Positions 47,061 to 62,300 of a stretch of 64,000 nt of DNA are shown one piece after another (the stretch's first letter is position 1; every line of letters begins with the position of its first letter). The stretch is from positions 1 to 64,000 of the forward strand of contig JAUCBJ010008490.1 in assembly GCA_032718475.1 (NCBI GenBank), in the 5' to 3' direction. The notes under the pieces are model-generated. The model was not told the origin of the DNA. It made no database searches and worked only from the letters and a program-made list of their open reading frames with translations. The DNA is from Nemertoderma westbladi. Its lineage: Eukaryota; Animalia; Xenacoelomorpha. Position numbers and translations under genes: made by a program.

Positions 47061-49716
47061 AAGACAAACCAAAAACATTCAGTATGCGCGCTGCTCGTTA
47101 AGTAAGTTAGATTAAGGTTAGGTTAATGAATAGGTCTAACTGTAGATTATGCAATGTATAAGTTTAAGTTCAAAAAAAAATAAGTAATATTGCAAATAAT
47201 GCATAAAAACAACAGATTAAGACAAACCAAAAACATTCAATATGCGCGCTGCACGTTAAGTAAGTTAGATTAAGGTTAGGTTAATGAATAGGTCTAACTG
47301 TAGATTATGCAATGTATAAGTTTAAGTGGAAAAATAAGTAATATTGAAAATAATGCATAAAAACAACAGATTAAGACAAACCAAAAACATTCAGTATGCG
47401 CGCTGCTCGTTAAGTAAGTTAGATTAAGGTTAGGTTAATGAATAGGTCTAACTGTAGATTATGCAATGTATAAGTTTAAGTGAAAAAATAAGTAATATTG
47501 AAAATAATGCATAAAACAACAGATTAAGACAAACCAAAAACATTCAATATGCGCGCTGCACGTTAAGTAAGTTAGATTAAGGTTAGGTTAATGAATAGGT
47601 CTAACTGTAGATTATGCAATGTATAAGTTTAAGTGGAAAAATAAGTAATATTGAAAATAATGCATAAAAACAACAGATTAAGACAAACCAAAAACATTCA
47701 GTATGCGCGCTGCTCGTTAAGTAAGTTAGATTAAGGTTAGGTTAATGAATAGGTCTAACTGTAGATTATGCAATGTATAAGTTTAAGTTCAAAAAAAAAT
47801 AAGTAATATTGCAAATAATGCATAAAAACAACAGATTAAGTCAAACCAAAAAGATTCAATATGCGCGCTGCTCGTTAAGTAAGTTAGATTAAGGTTAGGT
47901 TAATGAATAGGTCTAACTGTAGATTATGCAATGTATAAGTTTAAGTGAAAAAATAAGTAATATTGAAAATAATGCATAAAACAACAGATTAAGACAAACC
48001 AAAAACATTCAATATGCGCGCTGCTCGTTAAGTAAGTTAGATTAAGGTTAGGTTAATGAATAGGTCTAACTGTAGATTATGCAATGTATAAGTTTAAGTG
48101 GAAAAATAAGTAATATTGAAAATAATGCATAAAAACAACAGATTAAGACAAACCAAAAACATTCAGTATGCGCGCTGCTCGTTAAGTAAGTTAGATTAAG
48201 GTTAGGTTAATGAATAGGTCTAACTGTAGATTATGCAATGTATAAGTTTAAGTGGAAAAATAAGTAATATTGAAAATAATGCATAAAACCAACAGATTAA
48301 GACAAACCAAAAACATTCAGTATGCGCGCTGCTCGTTAAGTAAGTTAGATTAAGGTTAGGTTAATGAATAGGTCTAACTGTAGATTATGCAATGTATAAG
48401 TTTAAGTTCAAAAAAAAATAAGTAATATTGCAAATAATGCATAAAAACAACAGATTAAGTCAAACCAAAAAGATTCAACATGCGCGCTGCTCGTTAAGTA
48501 AGTTAGATTAAGGTTAGGTTAATGAATAGGTCTAACTGTAGATTATGCAATGTATAAGTTTAAGTTCAAAAAAAAATAAGTAATATTGCAAATAATGCAT
48601 AAAAACAACAGATTAAGTCAAACCAAAAACATTCAGTATGCGCGCTGCTCGTTAAGTAAGCTAGATTAAGGTTAGGTTAATGAATAGGTCTAACTGTAGA
48701 TTATGCAATGTATAAGTTTAAGTGGAAAAATAAGTAATATTGAAAATAATGCATAAAAACAACAGATTAAGACAAACCAAAAACATTCAGTATGCGCGCT
48801 GCACGTTAAGTAAGTTAGATTAAGGTTAGGTTAATGAATAGGTCTAACTGTAGATTATGCAATGTATAAGTTTAAGTGGAAAAATAAGTAATATTGAAAA
48901 TAATGCATAAAAACAACAGATTAAGACAAACCAAAAACATTCAGTATGCGCGCTGCTCGTTAAGTAAGTTAGATTAAGGTTAGGTTAATGAATAGGTCTA
49001 ACTGTAGATTATGCAATGTATAAGTTTAAGTGGAAAAATAAGTAATATTGAAAATAATGCATAAAAACAACAGATTAAGACAAACCAAAAACATTCAGTA
49101 TGCGCGCTGCACGTTAAGTAAGTTAGATTAAGGTTAGGTTAATGAATAGGTCTAACTGTAGATTATGCAATGTATAAGTTTAAGTTCAAAAAAAAATAAG
49201 TAATATTGCAAATAATGCATAAAAACAACAGATTAAGACAAACCAAAAACATTCAATATGCGCGCTGCTCATTAAGTAAGTTAGATTAAGGTTAGGTTAA
49301 TGAATAGGTCTAACTGTAGATTATGCAATGTATAAGTTTAAGTTCAAAAAGTAAGTAATATTGAAAATAATGCATAAAAACAACAGATTAAGACAAACCA
49401 AAAACATTCAGAATGCGCGCTGCTCGTTAAGTAAGTTAGATTAAGGTTAGGTTAATGAATAGGTCTAACTGTAGATTATGCAATGTATAAGTTTAAGTTC
49501 AAAAAGTAAGTAATATTGAAAATAATGCATAAAAACAACAGATTAAGACAAACCAAAAACATTCAATATGCGCGCTGCTCATTAAGTAAGTTAGATTAAG
49601 GTTAGGTTAATGAATAGGTCTAACTGTAGATTATGCAATGTATAAGTTTAAGTTCAAAAAGTAAGTAATATTGAAAATAATGCATAAAAACAACAGATTA
49701 AGACAAACCAAAAACA

Positions 49717-50325
49717 CGTTCGTGGGGACTTCGCGCAGCACGTAGTCGGCAAGCCTTGGCATACGGTTCATATAGAGCAAATGGGGCATGTCTAGTTTGG
49801 ACCCCATATCTCATGCTATAAATGTATTCATTCGATATACAATCATATGTTAATCCGCTAGGTGGTGTCAAATTGTTATTCTGCAATTTCGTACTTACCA
49901 GTGCAGCACTGTACAGCAGTACCGTACCGGTAGGCCTATGTCATTACTTCTGAGTCTCTAGCGGATCCCCAATTAAATGTCTTAACTTTTCAATTTCGTA
50001 AAAAATAGACTTCATGATTTTCTACAGGCCACCAAAATTTCAGCTCAGGAAAATGAGGCCTTCCCGAGAAATTTAACATTTTCTAAAAACCACATAATCT
50101 GTCTTAGCTGACGTCAGACTGCATGATTTTTCACCAAACTTTACAAACTTTCTAAACTTTCTCTCTACTACTTACCTACTAAGTTTGGTTCAATTCCGAA
50201 CCAGCGATGCCGAGATATTCGCGTTCAAACATTTACCAGACAGACAGACAGACAGACAGACGGACATGCCCCATTTGCCCTATATGAACCGTATGCCAAG
50301 GCTCGCCGACTACGTGTCTCGCCCC
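49717..50325 (-). mobile_element. DINE-1/HINE-like non-autonomous element (609 bp) of the GGGGCGAG family inserted in the satellite
   Basis: ACA on both flanks; ~55-bp subterminal inverted repeat (49739-49792 vs 50263-50316); (CAGA)n/GTCT microsatellite at 50237-50265. Confidence 0.85.
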
Positions 50326-50831
50326 ACATTCAGTATGCGCGCTGCTCGTTAAGTAAGTTAGATTAAGGTTAGGTTAATGAATAGGTCTAACTGTAGATTA
50401 TGCAATGTATAAGTTTAAGTTTAATGTTGTTCAATTTTAAACGAATAACTCGGCCAATCTTCGATGAAATCTTTCCAAACTTGGTACACATGTTGTTTGG
50501 CAAAAGTTTAGACATTTTCCAAGTTGAATTTCGTGTGGCCTTCGAGAAGCTAAGATAATAGCAGTTAATTAGTTAATTAAATTGATTACGGTAAAAACGC
50601 ATTTTCAACCTCTCTGTTAACGGAAATTAATTGTTTTACAGTATAAGACTTCAATAATTATACTTAAAAATTATACAGATGTACACATACATCTATAGTT
50701 TTTAATTAGTTCAAGTGATTTGCTTTAATAATTGTGTCTTTAATTGATCTAAAGTAATTAAAACGGCATAACAAATTGATTCTCCATAAATACTGCTCAT
50801 TTATTGGCCAACATGCATGTTTGCTGGTACA

Positions 50832-51016
50832 CGTTCGTGGGGCCTTCGCGCAGCACATTAAATACAGCTCATTTATTGGTCAACGTGCAAGTGGGTGGTG
50901 GGTAGATGGGATGTGTGGAGCAGCTAGTTGGAGTGCAGTGCAGAGTCAGCAGTAAGTAAACTAAACAATTGTCTAAACTGTAAGGCGTGAGGCTAGCTGA
51001 CTTTGTGGCTCGTCCC
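50832..51016 (-). mobile_element. Minimal 185-bp member of the same family
   Basis: ACA|cgttcgtggggccttcgcgcagcac ... ctttgtggctcgtccc|ACA. Confidence 0.75.
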
Positions 51017-52205
51017 ACATAATAAAAAATGAAACTTTGCTACCACTAACAAAAATATAATATGAAGCGAATAATGTTATTATCAAGCACGTTTACAAGA
51101 TATAAGATTACCGAATATTTATGAAAAAATGCCCATGATGCACAACCAGGACACCGAGCGAGTGATGACCCTGAACCCACCCTATATTATAAATGCAGAC
51201 TCCATTTCCATACGAATATTACAACACCGGCTGCTAAGGCAATCAACCAATGATGAGTTATAGAACAAAACTAACAATAGAAAGGGGTAGCTATAGTTAC
51301 TAAAACTAAAACACAAATAAAGCGCAAATATCCTAGCTGTTCCACATTAGTGTCAGTAGTTCTAGTAAGATAATAATAGTGATAACAGTTTCATTCAATT
51401 TTTTGAATAAATACAAATTATTTAATATGTTATAGAGCAAATGTATAAACAAAAACTCAACTACTGTAATATTATGAAAATTGAAGGTCTAAACAATATG
51501 AAACAAAATAATACATTATCAAAGACAAATTAAATTTTAGCATCACAACAACTATATCCAAGAAATTTAACAAAACAGCAAATCTGTCAAAGTGAAAAGG
51601 GGGGACAGTTCCCCCCCCCCCCCCCCCCCCCTTCAACCCCCCTTTCAATCAGCACCCCGTCCCAAAAGCAAAGCCGCTGCCGCACAACCAATGTAGTAAT
51701 GGTATTAAAATATAATTCAATTAATTTACACTATTAATGCTTCAGCTAAAAAATGATGCTAATCCTATGTAATAATAAAAATAAGAATATCATTTTTAAA
51801 AACTTTCTACATATATCCTATACAAAATAATCAGCCCAATGATTCGTGGAATAATAATATAATCCTACTGCAGTTGTATATTTTATTATGTTTATTGACA
51901 ACTCAACTATTTTCTGCCTGAGAGCTGATAAAGAAGTGTAGACTCAGCCAGCAGCGCTGCTGCTCCTACAAGGCAAAGATCGGTGTAGTCAAGAAATTCT
52001 GCCTGGAGCAATAGGCTGCCACTGGAGAGCCCGAGGCTCGACAGAGTCTTATTAGGTATAGGTAGGTATAAATAACGCAGCCTTTTTAATAGAACTTAGC
52101 AAACTAAAATAAACACCAAAGTAAAACCTAAGTAGGAGCCCGCTCGACAGCGGGATACTTACTGTAAAATCTGCAGGATACTTACTGTAAAAATCTCAGG
52201 ATATA

Positions 52206-53330
52206 CAGGGTGTCCCATAAAATTTGTTGCTACTTTGAATTTATAAACTCCCACTTATGTTGGATATAATCGAAGTATTTTATATCAATTTAAAGCCAAT
52301 ATTCTAAATTAGATTTTGGTCTGTGTTGGAGTCACCATGTTGTCATGGAAACAAGATACAACCAATTGAATTCAAAAGCCAGATTATATACATTCGTAGG
52401 TGAGTGTTCTAGGCTTTTGTGTGTAATTATTGTATGAGAAAGTTAGTGTTGCTATGGAAATAAGGCTAACTACCATTTTGGTTTACTTTTGTATTTTAAG
52501 TTGGAACCATGTTCTCTGGTGAATAGAAAGTTTTTATTATAAAAACTTATTTTGAAACTAAGTCGTCCAAATTGACAGCTAGTACATTTGGACACAATTT
52601 TCCAAATCGGCTTCTTTCTTAAAAACGATTAAATTGTAAGATTCGTGAAAAACTTTTATCCGAATTCGGTTTCACCGGCTGGAAGACGCATTCGTGTTTC
52701 AAGATATATCATTGAGGCCCATTTTACCCAGAATCCCAAGACATCACTGAGGCGGGCATCATTATCATTAGCTGCACTCGTAGCAGTATTCAAAGAGTTG
52801 TTAAGAAACTCAAATTTAAACCTTATAAAATTCAGATCGTACATGCAATTCATAAAACGACTAACCAGACGTGTCAATAATGCGGCCCAGATATCGAACT
52901 TTCTAGAAACTAAACGATTCATTGGTCCATACATTTTTGATACACCAACTGTTACAAATGCTATTTATTTAGATTTGATATCTTTATTTTTTGTTCAGGA
53001 ATCCATCATATCGATATTGTATTCCATCAAGATGGTGCACCGCCACACTTGGAACTTCCCTTTAGGAATTATTTGGGCTGTCATTTTAACGGGCATTGGA
53101 TCGGCAGAGATGGACCAGTGTTGTGGCCACCACGCTCCCCGGATCTGACACCTTGCGATTTCTATTTATGGTGCCAAATTAAGAACTTGGTTTATAGCGA
53201 ACCGATTGAATCCTTGGCCCAACTTCGTCCTGGTGTTACTGAAGCCTTCAACGAAATAGCGAAAGCTTTACAAATAGATACAGATACAACAGCATTAAAC
53301 TTCAAGTCTAACTCTTAGACTACAAGTACA
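52206..53330 (+). pseudogene. Decayed Tc1/mariner-superfamily transposon (maT/rosa-like), right end lost
   Basis: TA|CAGGGTGTCCC left end; fragments MFSGE*KVFIIKTYFETKS, F.QNPKTSLRRAS, IGPYIF, HQDGAPPH, WIGRDGPVLWPPRSPDLTPCDFYLW in shifting frames. Confidence 0.88.
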
Positions 53331-53332
53331 TT

Positions 53333-56300
53333 TACGGATAATCCGAACGGATATACGGATACTACGGATAAAATCCGAACGGATATACGGATACTACGGA
53401 TAAAATCCGAACGGATATACGGATACTACGGATAAAATCCGAACGGATATATGGATACTACGGATAAAATCCTAACGGATATACGGATACTACGGATAAT
53501 CCGAACAGATATACGGATACTACGGATAATCCGAATGGATATACGGATACTACGGATAATCCGAACGGATATACGGATACTACGGATAAAATCCGAACGG
53601 ATATACGGATACTACGGATAAAATCCTAACGGATATACGGATACTACGGATAATCCGAACAGATATACGGACACTACGGATAATCCGAATGGATATACGG
53701 ATACTACGGATAATCCGAACGGATATACGGATACTACGGATAATCAGAACGAATATACGGATACTACGGATAAAATCCGAACGGATATACCTATACTACG
53801 GATAAAATCCGAACGGATATACGGATACTACGAATAAAATCCGAACGGATATACAGATACAACGGATAAAATCCGAACGGATATACGGATACTACGGATA
53901 AAATCCGAACGGATATACGGATACTACGGATAAAATCCGAACGGATATACGGATACTACGGATAAAATCCGAACGGATATACGGATACTACGGATAAAAT
54001 CCGAACGGATACTACGGATAAAATCCGAACGGATACTAGGATAAAATCCGAACGGATATACGGATACTACGGATAAAATCCGAATGGATATACGGATACT
54101 ACGGATAAAATCCGAATGGATATACGGATACTACGGATAAAATCCGAACGGATATACGGATACTACGGATAATCCGAATGGATATACGGATATTACGGAT
54201 AATCCAAACGGATATACGGATACTACGGATAAAATCCGAACGGATATACGGATACTACGGATAAAATCCGAACGGATATACGGATACTACGGATAAAATC
54301 CGAATGGATATACGGATACTACAGATAAAATCCGAACGGATATACGGATACTATGGATAAAATCAGAACGGATATACGGATACTACGGATAAAATCCGAA
54401 CGGATATACGGATACTACGGATAAAATCCGAACGGATATACGGATACTACGGATAAAATCCGAACGGATATACGGATACTACGGATAATCCGAACGGATA
54501 TACGGATACTACGGATAAAATCAGAACGGATATACAGATACTACGGATAAAATCCGAACGGATATACGGATACTACGGATAAAATCAGAACGGATATACG
54601 GATACTACGGATAATCCGAACGGATATACGGATACTACAGATAATCCGAACGGATATACGGATACTACGGATAAAATCCGAACGGATATACAGATACTAT
54701 GGATAATCCAAACGGATATACGGATACTACGGATAAAATCAGAAAGGATATATGGATAAAATCAGAACAGATATACGGATACTATGGATAAAATCAGAAA
54801 GGATATACGGATACTACGGATAAAATCAGAACGGATATACGGATACTACGGATAAAATCCGAACGGATATACGGATACTACGGATAATCCGAACGGATAT
54901 ACGGATACTACGGATAAAATCAGAACGGATATACGGATACTACGGATAATCCGAACGGATATACGGATACTACGGATAATCCGAACGGATATACGGATAC
55001 TATGGATAAAATCAGAACGGATATACGGATACTACGGATAAAATCCGAACGGATATACGGATACTACGGATAAAATCCGAACGGATATACGGATACTACG
55101 GATAAAATCCGAACGGATATACGGATACTACGGATAATCCGAACGGATATACGGATACTACGGATAAAATCAGAACGGATATACGGATACTACGGATAAA
55201 ATCCGAACGGATATACGGATACTACGGATAAAATCAGAACGGATATACGGATACTACGGATAATCCGAACGGATATACGGATACTACAGATAATCCGAAC
55301 GGATATACGGATACTACGGATAAAATCCGAACGGATATACAGATACTATGGATAATCCAAACGGATATACGGATACTACGGATAAAATCAGAAAGGATAT
55401 ATGGATAAAATCAGAACAGATATACGGATACTATGGATAAAATCAGAAAGGATATACGGATACTACGGATAAAATCAGAACGGATATACGGATACTACGG
55501 ATAAAATCCGAATGGATATACGGATACTACGGATAAAATCCGAACGGATATACGGATACTACGGATAAAATCCGAACGGATATACGGATACTATGGATAA
55601 AATCAGAACGGATATACGGATACTACGGATAAAATCCGAACGGATATACGGATACTACGGATAAAATCCGAACGGATATACGGATACTACGGATAAAATC
55701 CGAACGGATATACGGATACTACAGATAATCCGAACGGATATACGGATACTACGGATAAAATCAGAACGGATATACGGATACTACGGATAAAATCCGAACG
55801 GATATACGGATACTACGGATAAAATCAGAACGGATATACGGATACTACGGATAATCCTAACGGATATACGGATACTACAGATAATCCGAACGGATATACG
55901 GATACTACGGATAAAATCCGAACGGATATACAGATACTATGGATAATCCAAACGGATATACGGATACTACGGATAAAATCAGAAAGGATATATGGATAAA
56001 ATCAGAACAGATATACGGATACTATGGATAAAATCAGAAAGGATATACGGATACTACGGATAAAATCAGAACGGATATACGGATACTACGGATAAAATCC
56101 GAATGGATATACGGATACTACGGATAAAATCCGAACGGATATACGGATACTACGGATAAAATCCGAACGGATATACGGATACTACGGATAAAATCCGAAC
56201 GGATATACGGATACTACAGATAATCAGAACGGATATACGGATACTACGGATAAAATCCGAACGGATATACGAATACTATGGATAAAATCAGAACGGATAT

Positions 56301-59300
56301 ACGGATACTACGGATAAAATCAGAATGGATATACGGATACTACGGATAAAATCAGAACAGATATACGGATACTACGGATAAAATCAGAAAGGATATATGG
56401 ATAAAATCCGAACGGATATACGGATAATCCGAACGGATATACAGATACTACGGATAATCCGAATGGATATACGGATACAACGGATAAAATCCGAACGGAT
56501 ATACGGATACTACGGATAAAATCAGAACGGATATACGGATACTACGGATAAAATCCGAACGGATATACGGATACTACGGATAAAATAAGAACGGATATAC
56601 GGATACTACGGATAAAATCCGAACGGATATACGGATACTACGGATAAAATCCGAACGGATATACGGATACTACGGATAAAATCAGAACGGATATACGGAT
56701 ACTACGGATAAAATCCGAACGGATGTACGGATACTACGGATAAAATCCGAACGGATATACGGATACTACAGATAATCAGAACGGATATACGGATACTACG
56801 GATAAAATCCGAACAGATATACGGATACTACGGATAAAATCAGAACGGATATACGGATACTACGGATAATCCGAACGGATATACGGATACTACGGATAAT
56901 CCGAACGGATATACGGATACTACGGATAAAATCCGAACGGATATACAGATACTATGGATAATCCGAACGGATATACGGATACTACGGATAAAATCCGAAC
57001 GGATATACGGATACTACGGATAAAATCCGAACGGATATACGGATACTACGGATAAAATCCGAACGGATATACGGATACTACGGATAAAATCCGAACGGAT
57101 ATACGGATACTACGGATAAAATCAGAACGGATATACGGATACTACGGATAATCCGAACGGATATACGGATACTATGGATAATCCGAACGGATATACGGAT
57201 ACTATGGATAAAATCAGAACGGATATACAGATACTACAGATAAAATCAGAACGGATATACGGATACTACGGATAAAATCAGAACAGATATACGGATACTA
57301 CGGATAAAATTAGAAAGGATATATGGATAAAATCAGAACGGATATACGGATAATCCGAACGGATATACGGATACCACGGATAATCCGAATGGATATACGG
57401 ATACAACGGATAAAATCCGAACGGATATACGGATACTACGGATAAAATCAGAACGGATATACGGATACTACGGATAAAATCCGAACGGATATACGGATAC
57501 TACGGATAAAATCAGAACGGATATACGGATACTACGGATAAAATCCGAACGGATATACGGATACTACGGATAAAATCAGAACGGATATACGGATAATCCG
57601 AACGGATATACAGATACTACAGATAATCCGAACGGATATACGGATACTACGGATAAAATCCGAACGGATATACAGATACTATGGATAATCCGAATGGATA
57701 TACGGATACTACGGATAAAATCCGAACGGATATACGGATACTACGGATAATCCGAACGGATATACGGATACTACAGATAATCCGAACGGATATACGGATA
57801 CTACGGATAAAATCCGAACGGATATACAGATACTATGGATAATCCGAACGGATATACGGATACTACGGATAAAATCCGAACGGATATACGGATACTACGG
57901 ATAAAATCCGAACGGATATACGGATACTACGGATAAAATCAGAACGGATATACGGATACTACGGATAATCCGAACAGATATACGGATACTACAGATAATC
58001 CGAACGGATATACGGATACTACGGATAAAATCCGAACGGATATACAGATACTATGGATAATCCGAACAGATATACGGATACTACGGATAAAACCCGAACG
58101 GATATACAGATACTACGGATAAAATCCGAACGGATATACGGATACTACGGATAAAATCCGAACGGATATACGGATACTACGGATAAAATCCGAACGAATA
58201 TACGGATACTACGGATAAAATCAGAACGGATATACGGATACTACGGATAAAATCCGAACGGATATATGGATACTACGGATAAAATCCGAACGGATATACG
58301 GATACTACGGATAAAATCCGAACGGATATACGGATACTACGGATAAAATCCGAATGGATATACGGATACTACGGATAAAATCAGAACGGATATACGGATA
58401 CTACGGATAATCCGAACGGATATACGGATACTACGGATAATCCGAACGGATATACGGATACTATGGATAAAATCAGAACGGATATACGGATACTACGGAT
58501 AAAATCAGAACGGATATACGGATACTACGGATAAAATCAGAACAGATATACGGATACTACGGATAAAATCAGAAAGGATATATGGATAAAATCAGAACGG
58601 ATATACGGATAATCCGAACGGATATACGGATACTACGGATAATCCGAATGGATATACGGATACAACGGATAAAATCCGAACGGATATACGGATACTACGG
58701 ATAAAATGAGAACGGATATACGGATACTACGGATAAAATCCGAACGGATATACGGATACTACGGATAAAATCAGAACGGATATACGGATACTACGGATAA
58801 AATCCGAATGGATATACGGATACTACGGATAAAATCAGAACGGATATACGGATACTACGGATAAAATCAGAACGGATATACGGATACTACGGATAATCCG
58901 AACGGATATACGGATACTATAGATAATCCGAACGGATATACGGATACTACGGATAAAATCCGAACGGATATACAGATACTATGGATAATCCGAACGGATA
59001 TACGGATACTACGGATAAAATCCGAACGGATATACGGATACTACGGATAAAATCCGAACGGATATACGGATACTACGGATAAAATCCGAACGGATATACG
59101 GATACTACGGATAAAATCCGAACGGATATACGGATACTACGGATAAAATCAGAACGGATATACGGATACTACGGATAATCCGAACGGATATACGGATACT
59201 ACGGATAATCCGAACGGATATACGGATACTATGGATAAAATCAGAACGGATATACGGATACTACGGACAAAATCAGAACGGATATACGGATACTACGGAT

Positions 59301-62300
59301 AAAATCAGAACAGATATACGGATACTACGGATAAAATCAGAAAGGATATATGGATAAAATCAGAACGGATATACGGATAATCCGAACGGATATACGGATA
59401 CTACGGATAATCCGAATGGATATACGGATACAACGGATAAAATCCGAACGGATATACGGATACTACGGATAAAATCAGAACGGATATACGGATACTACGA
59501 ATAAAATCCGAACGGATATACGGATACTACGGATAAAATCCGAACGGATATACGGATACTACGGATAAAATCCGAACGGATATACGGATACTACGGATAA
59601 AATCAGAACGGATATACGGATACTACGGATAATCCGAACGGATATACGGATACTACAGATAATCCGAACGGATATACGGATACTACGGATAAAATCCGAA
59701 CGGATATACGGATACTACGGATAAAATCAGAACGGATATACGGATACTACGGATAAAATCAGAACGGATATACGGATACTACGGATAATCTGAACGGATA
59801 TACGGATACTACGGATAAAATCAGAACGGATATACGGATACTACAGATAAAATCCGAACGGATATACAGATACTATGGATAATCCGAACGGATATATGGA
59901 TACTACGGATAAAATCCGAACGGATATACGGATACTACGGATAATCCGAACGGATATACGGATACTACAGATAATCCGAACGGATATATGGATACTACGG
60001 ATAAAATCCGAATGGATATACAGATACTATGGATAATCCGAACGGATATACGGATACTACGGATAAAATCCAAACGGATATACGGATACTACGGATAAAA
60101 TCCGAACGGAAATACGGATACTACGGATAAAATCAGAACGGATATACAGATACTATGGATAATCCGAACGGATATACGGATACTACGGATAAAATCCAAA
60201 CGGATATACGGATACTACGGATAAAATCCGAACGGATATACAGATACTACGGATAAAATCCGAACGGATATACGGATACTACGGATAAAATCCGAACAGA
60301 TATACGGATACTACGGATAAAATCAGAACGGATATACGGATACTACGGATAAAATCAGAACAGATATACGGATACTACGGATAAAATCAGAAAGGATATA
60401 TGGATAAAATCAGAACGGATATACGGATAATCCGAACGGATATACGGATACTACGGATAATCCGAATGGATATACGGATACAACAGATAAAATCCGAACG
60501 GATATACGGATACTACGGATAAAATCAGAACGGATATACGGATACTACGGATAAAATCCGAACGGATATACGGATACTACGGATAAAATCAGAACGGATA
60601 TACGGATACTACGGATAAAATCCGAACGGATATACGGATACTACGGATAAAATCAGAAAGGATATATGGATAAAATCAGAACGGATATTCGGATACTACG
60701 GATAATCCGAACGGATATACGGATACTATGGATAAAATCCGAACGGATATACGGATACTACGGATAAAATCAGAACGGATATACGGATACTACGGATAAA
60801 ATCAGAATGGATATACGGATACTACGGATAATCCGAACGGATATACGGATACTACGGATAATCCGAATGGATATACGGATACTATGGATAAAATCAGAAC
60901 GGATATACGGATACTACGGATAAAATCAGAACGGATATACGGATACTACGGATAAAATCAGAACAGATATATGGATACTACGGATAAAATCAGAAAGGAT
61001 ATATGGATAAAATCAGAACGGATATACGGATAATCCGAACGGATATACGGATACTACGGATAATCCGAATGGATATACGGATACAATGGATAAAATCCGA
61101 ACGGATATACGGATACTACGGATAAAATCAGAACGGATATACGGATACTACGGATAAAATCAGAACGGATATACGGATACTACGGATAATCCGAACGGAT
61201 ATACGGATACTACGGATAATCCGAACGGATATACGGATACTATGGATAAAATCAGAACGGATATACGGATACTACGGATAAAATCAGAACGGATATACGG
61301 ATACTACGGATAAAATCAGAACAGATATATGGATACTACGGATAAAATCAGAAAGGATATATGGACAAAATCAGAACGGATATACGGATAATCCGAACGG
61401 ATATACGGATACTACGGATAATCCGAATGGATATACGGATACAACGGATAAAATCCGAACGGATATACGGATACTACAGATAAAATCAGAACGGATATAC
61501 GGATACTACGGATAAAATCCGAACGGATATACGGATACTATGGATAAAATCAGAACGGATATACGGATACTACGGATAAAATCCGAACGGATATACGGAT
61601 ACTACAGATAAAATCAGAACGGATATACGGATACTACGGATAAAATCAGAACGGATATACGGATACTACGGATAATCCTAATGGATATACGGATACAACG
61701 GATAAAATCCGAACGGATATACGGATACTACGGATAAAATCAGAACGGATATACGGATACTACAGATAAAATCCGAACGGATATACGGATACTACGGATA
61801 AAATCAGAACGGATATACGGATACTACAGATAAAATTCGAATGGATATACGGATACTACGGATAAAATCAGAACGGATATACGGATACTACGGATAAAAT
61901 CCGAACGGATATACGGATACTACGGATAAAATCCGAACGGATATACGGATACTACGGATAAAATCCGAACGGATATACGGATACTACGGATAAAATGCGA
62001 ACGGATATATGGATACTACGGATAAAATCCAAACGGATATACGGATACTACGGATAAAATCAGAACGGATATACGGATACTACGGATAATCCGAACGGAT
62101 ATACGGATACTACGGATAATCCGAACGGATATACGGATACTATGGATAAAATCAGAACGGATATATGGATACTACGGATAAAATCAGAACGGATATACAG
62201 ATACTACGGATAAAATCAGAACAGATATATGGATACTACGGATAAAATCAGAAAGGATATATGGATAAAATCAGAACAGATATACGGATAATCCGAACGG

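Larger units (their letters stand above)
34766..50422. repeat. ~153-bp AT-rich satellite (34766-35839, 47061-49716, 50326-50422), about 25 copies, interrupted by two insertions
   Basis: Unit cattcagtatgcgcgctgctcgttaagtaagttagattaaggttagg...aacagattaagacaaaccaaaaa; the phase is continuous across both insertions. Confidence 0.97.
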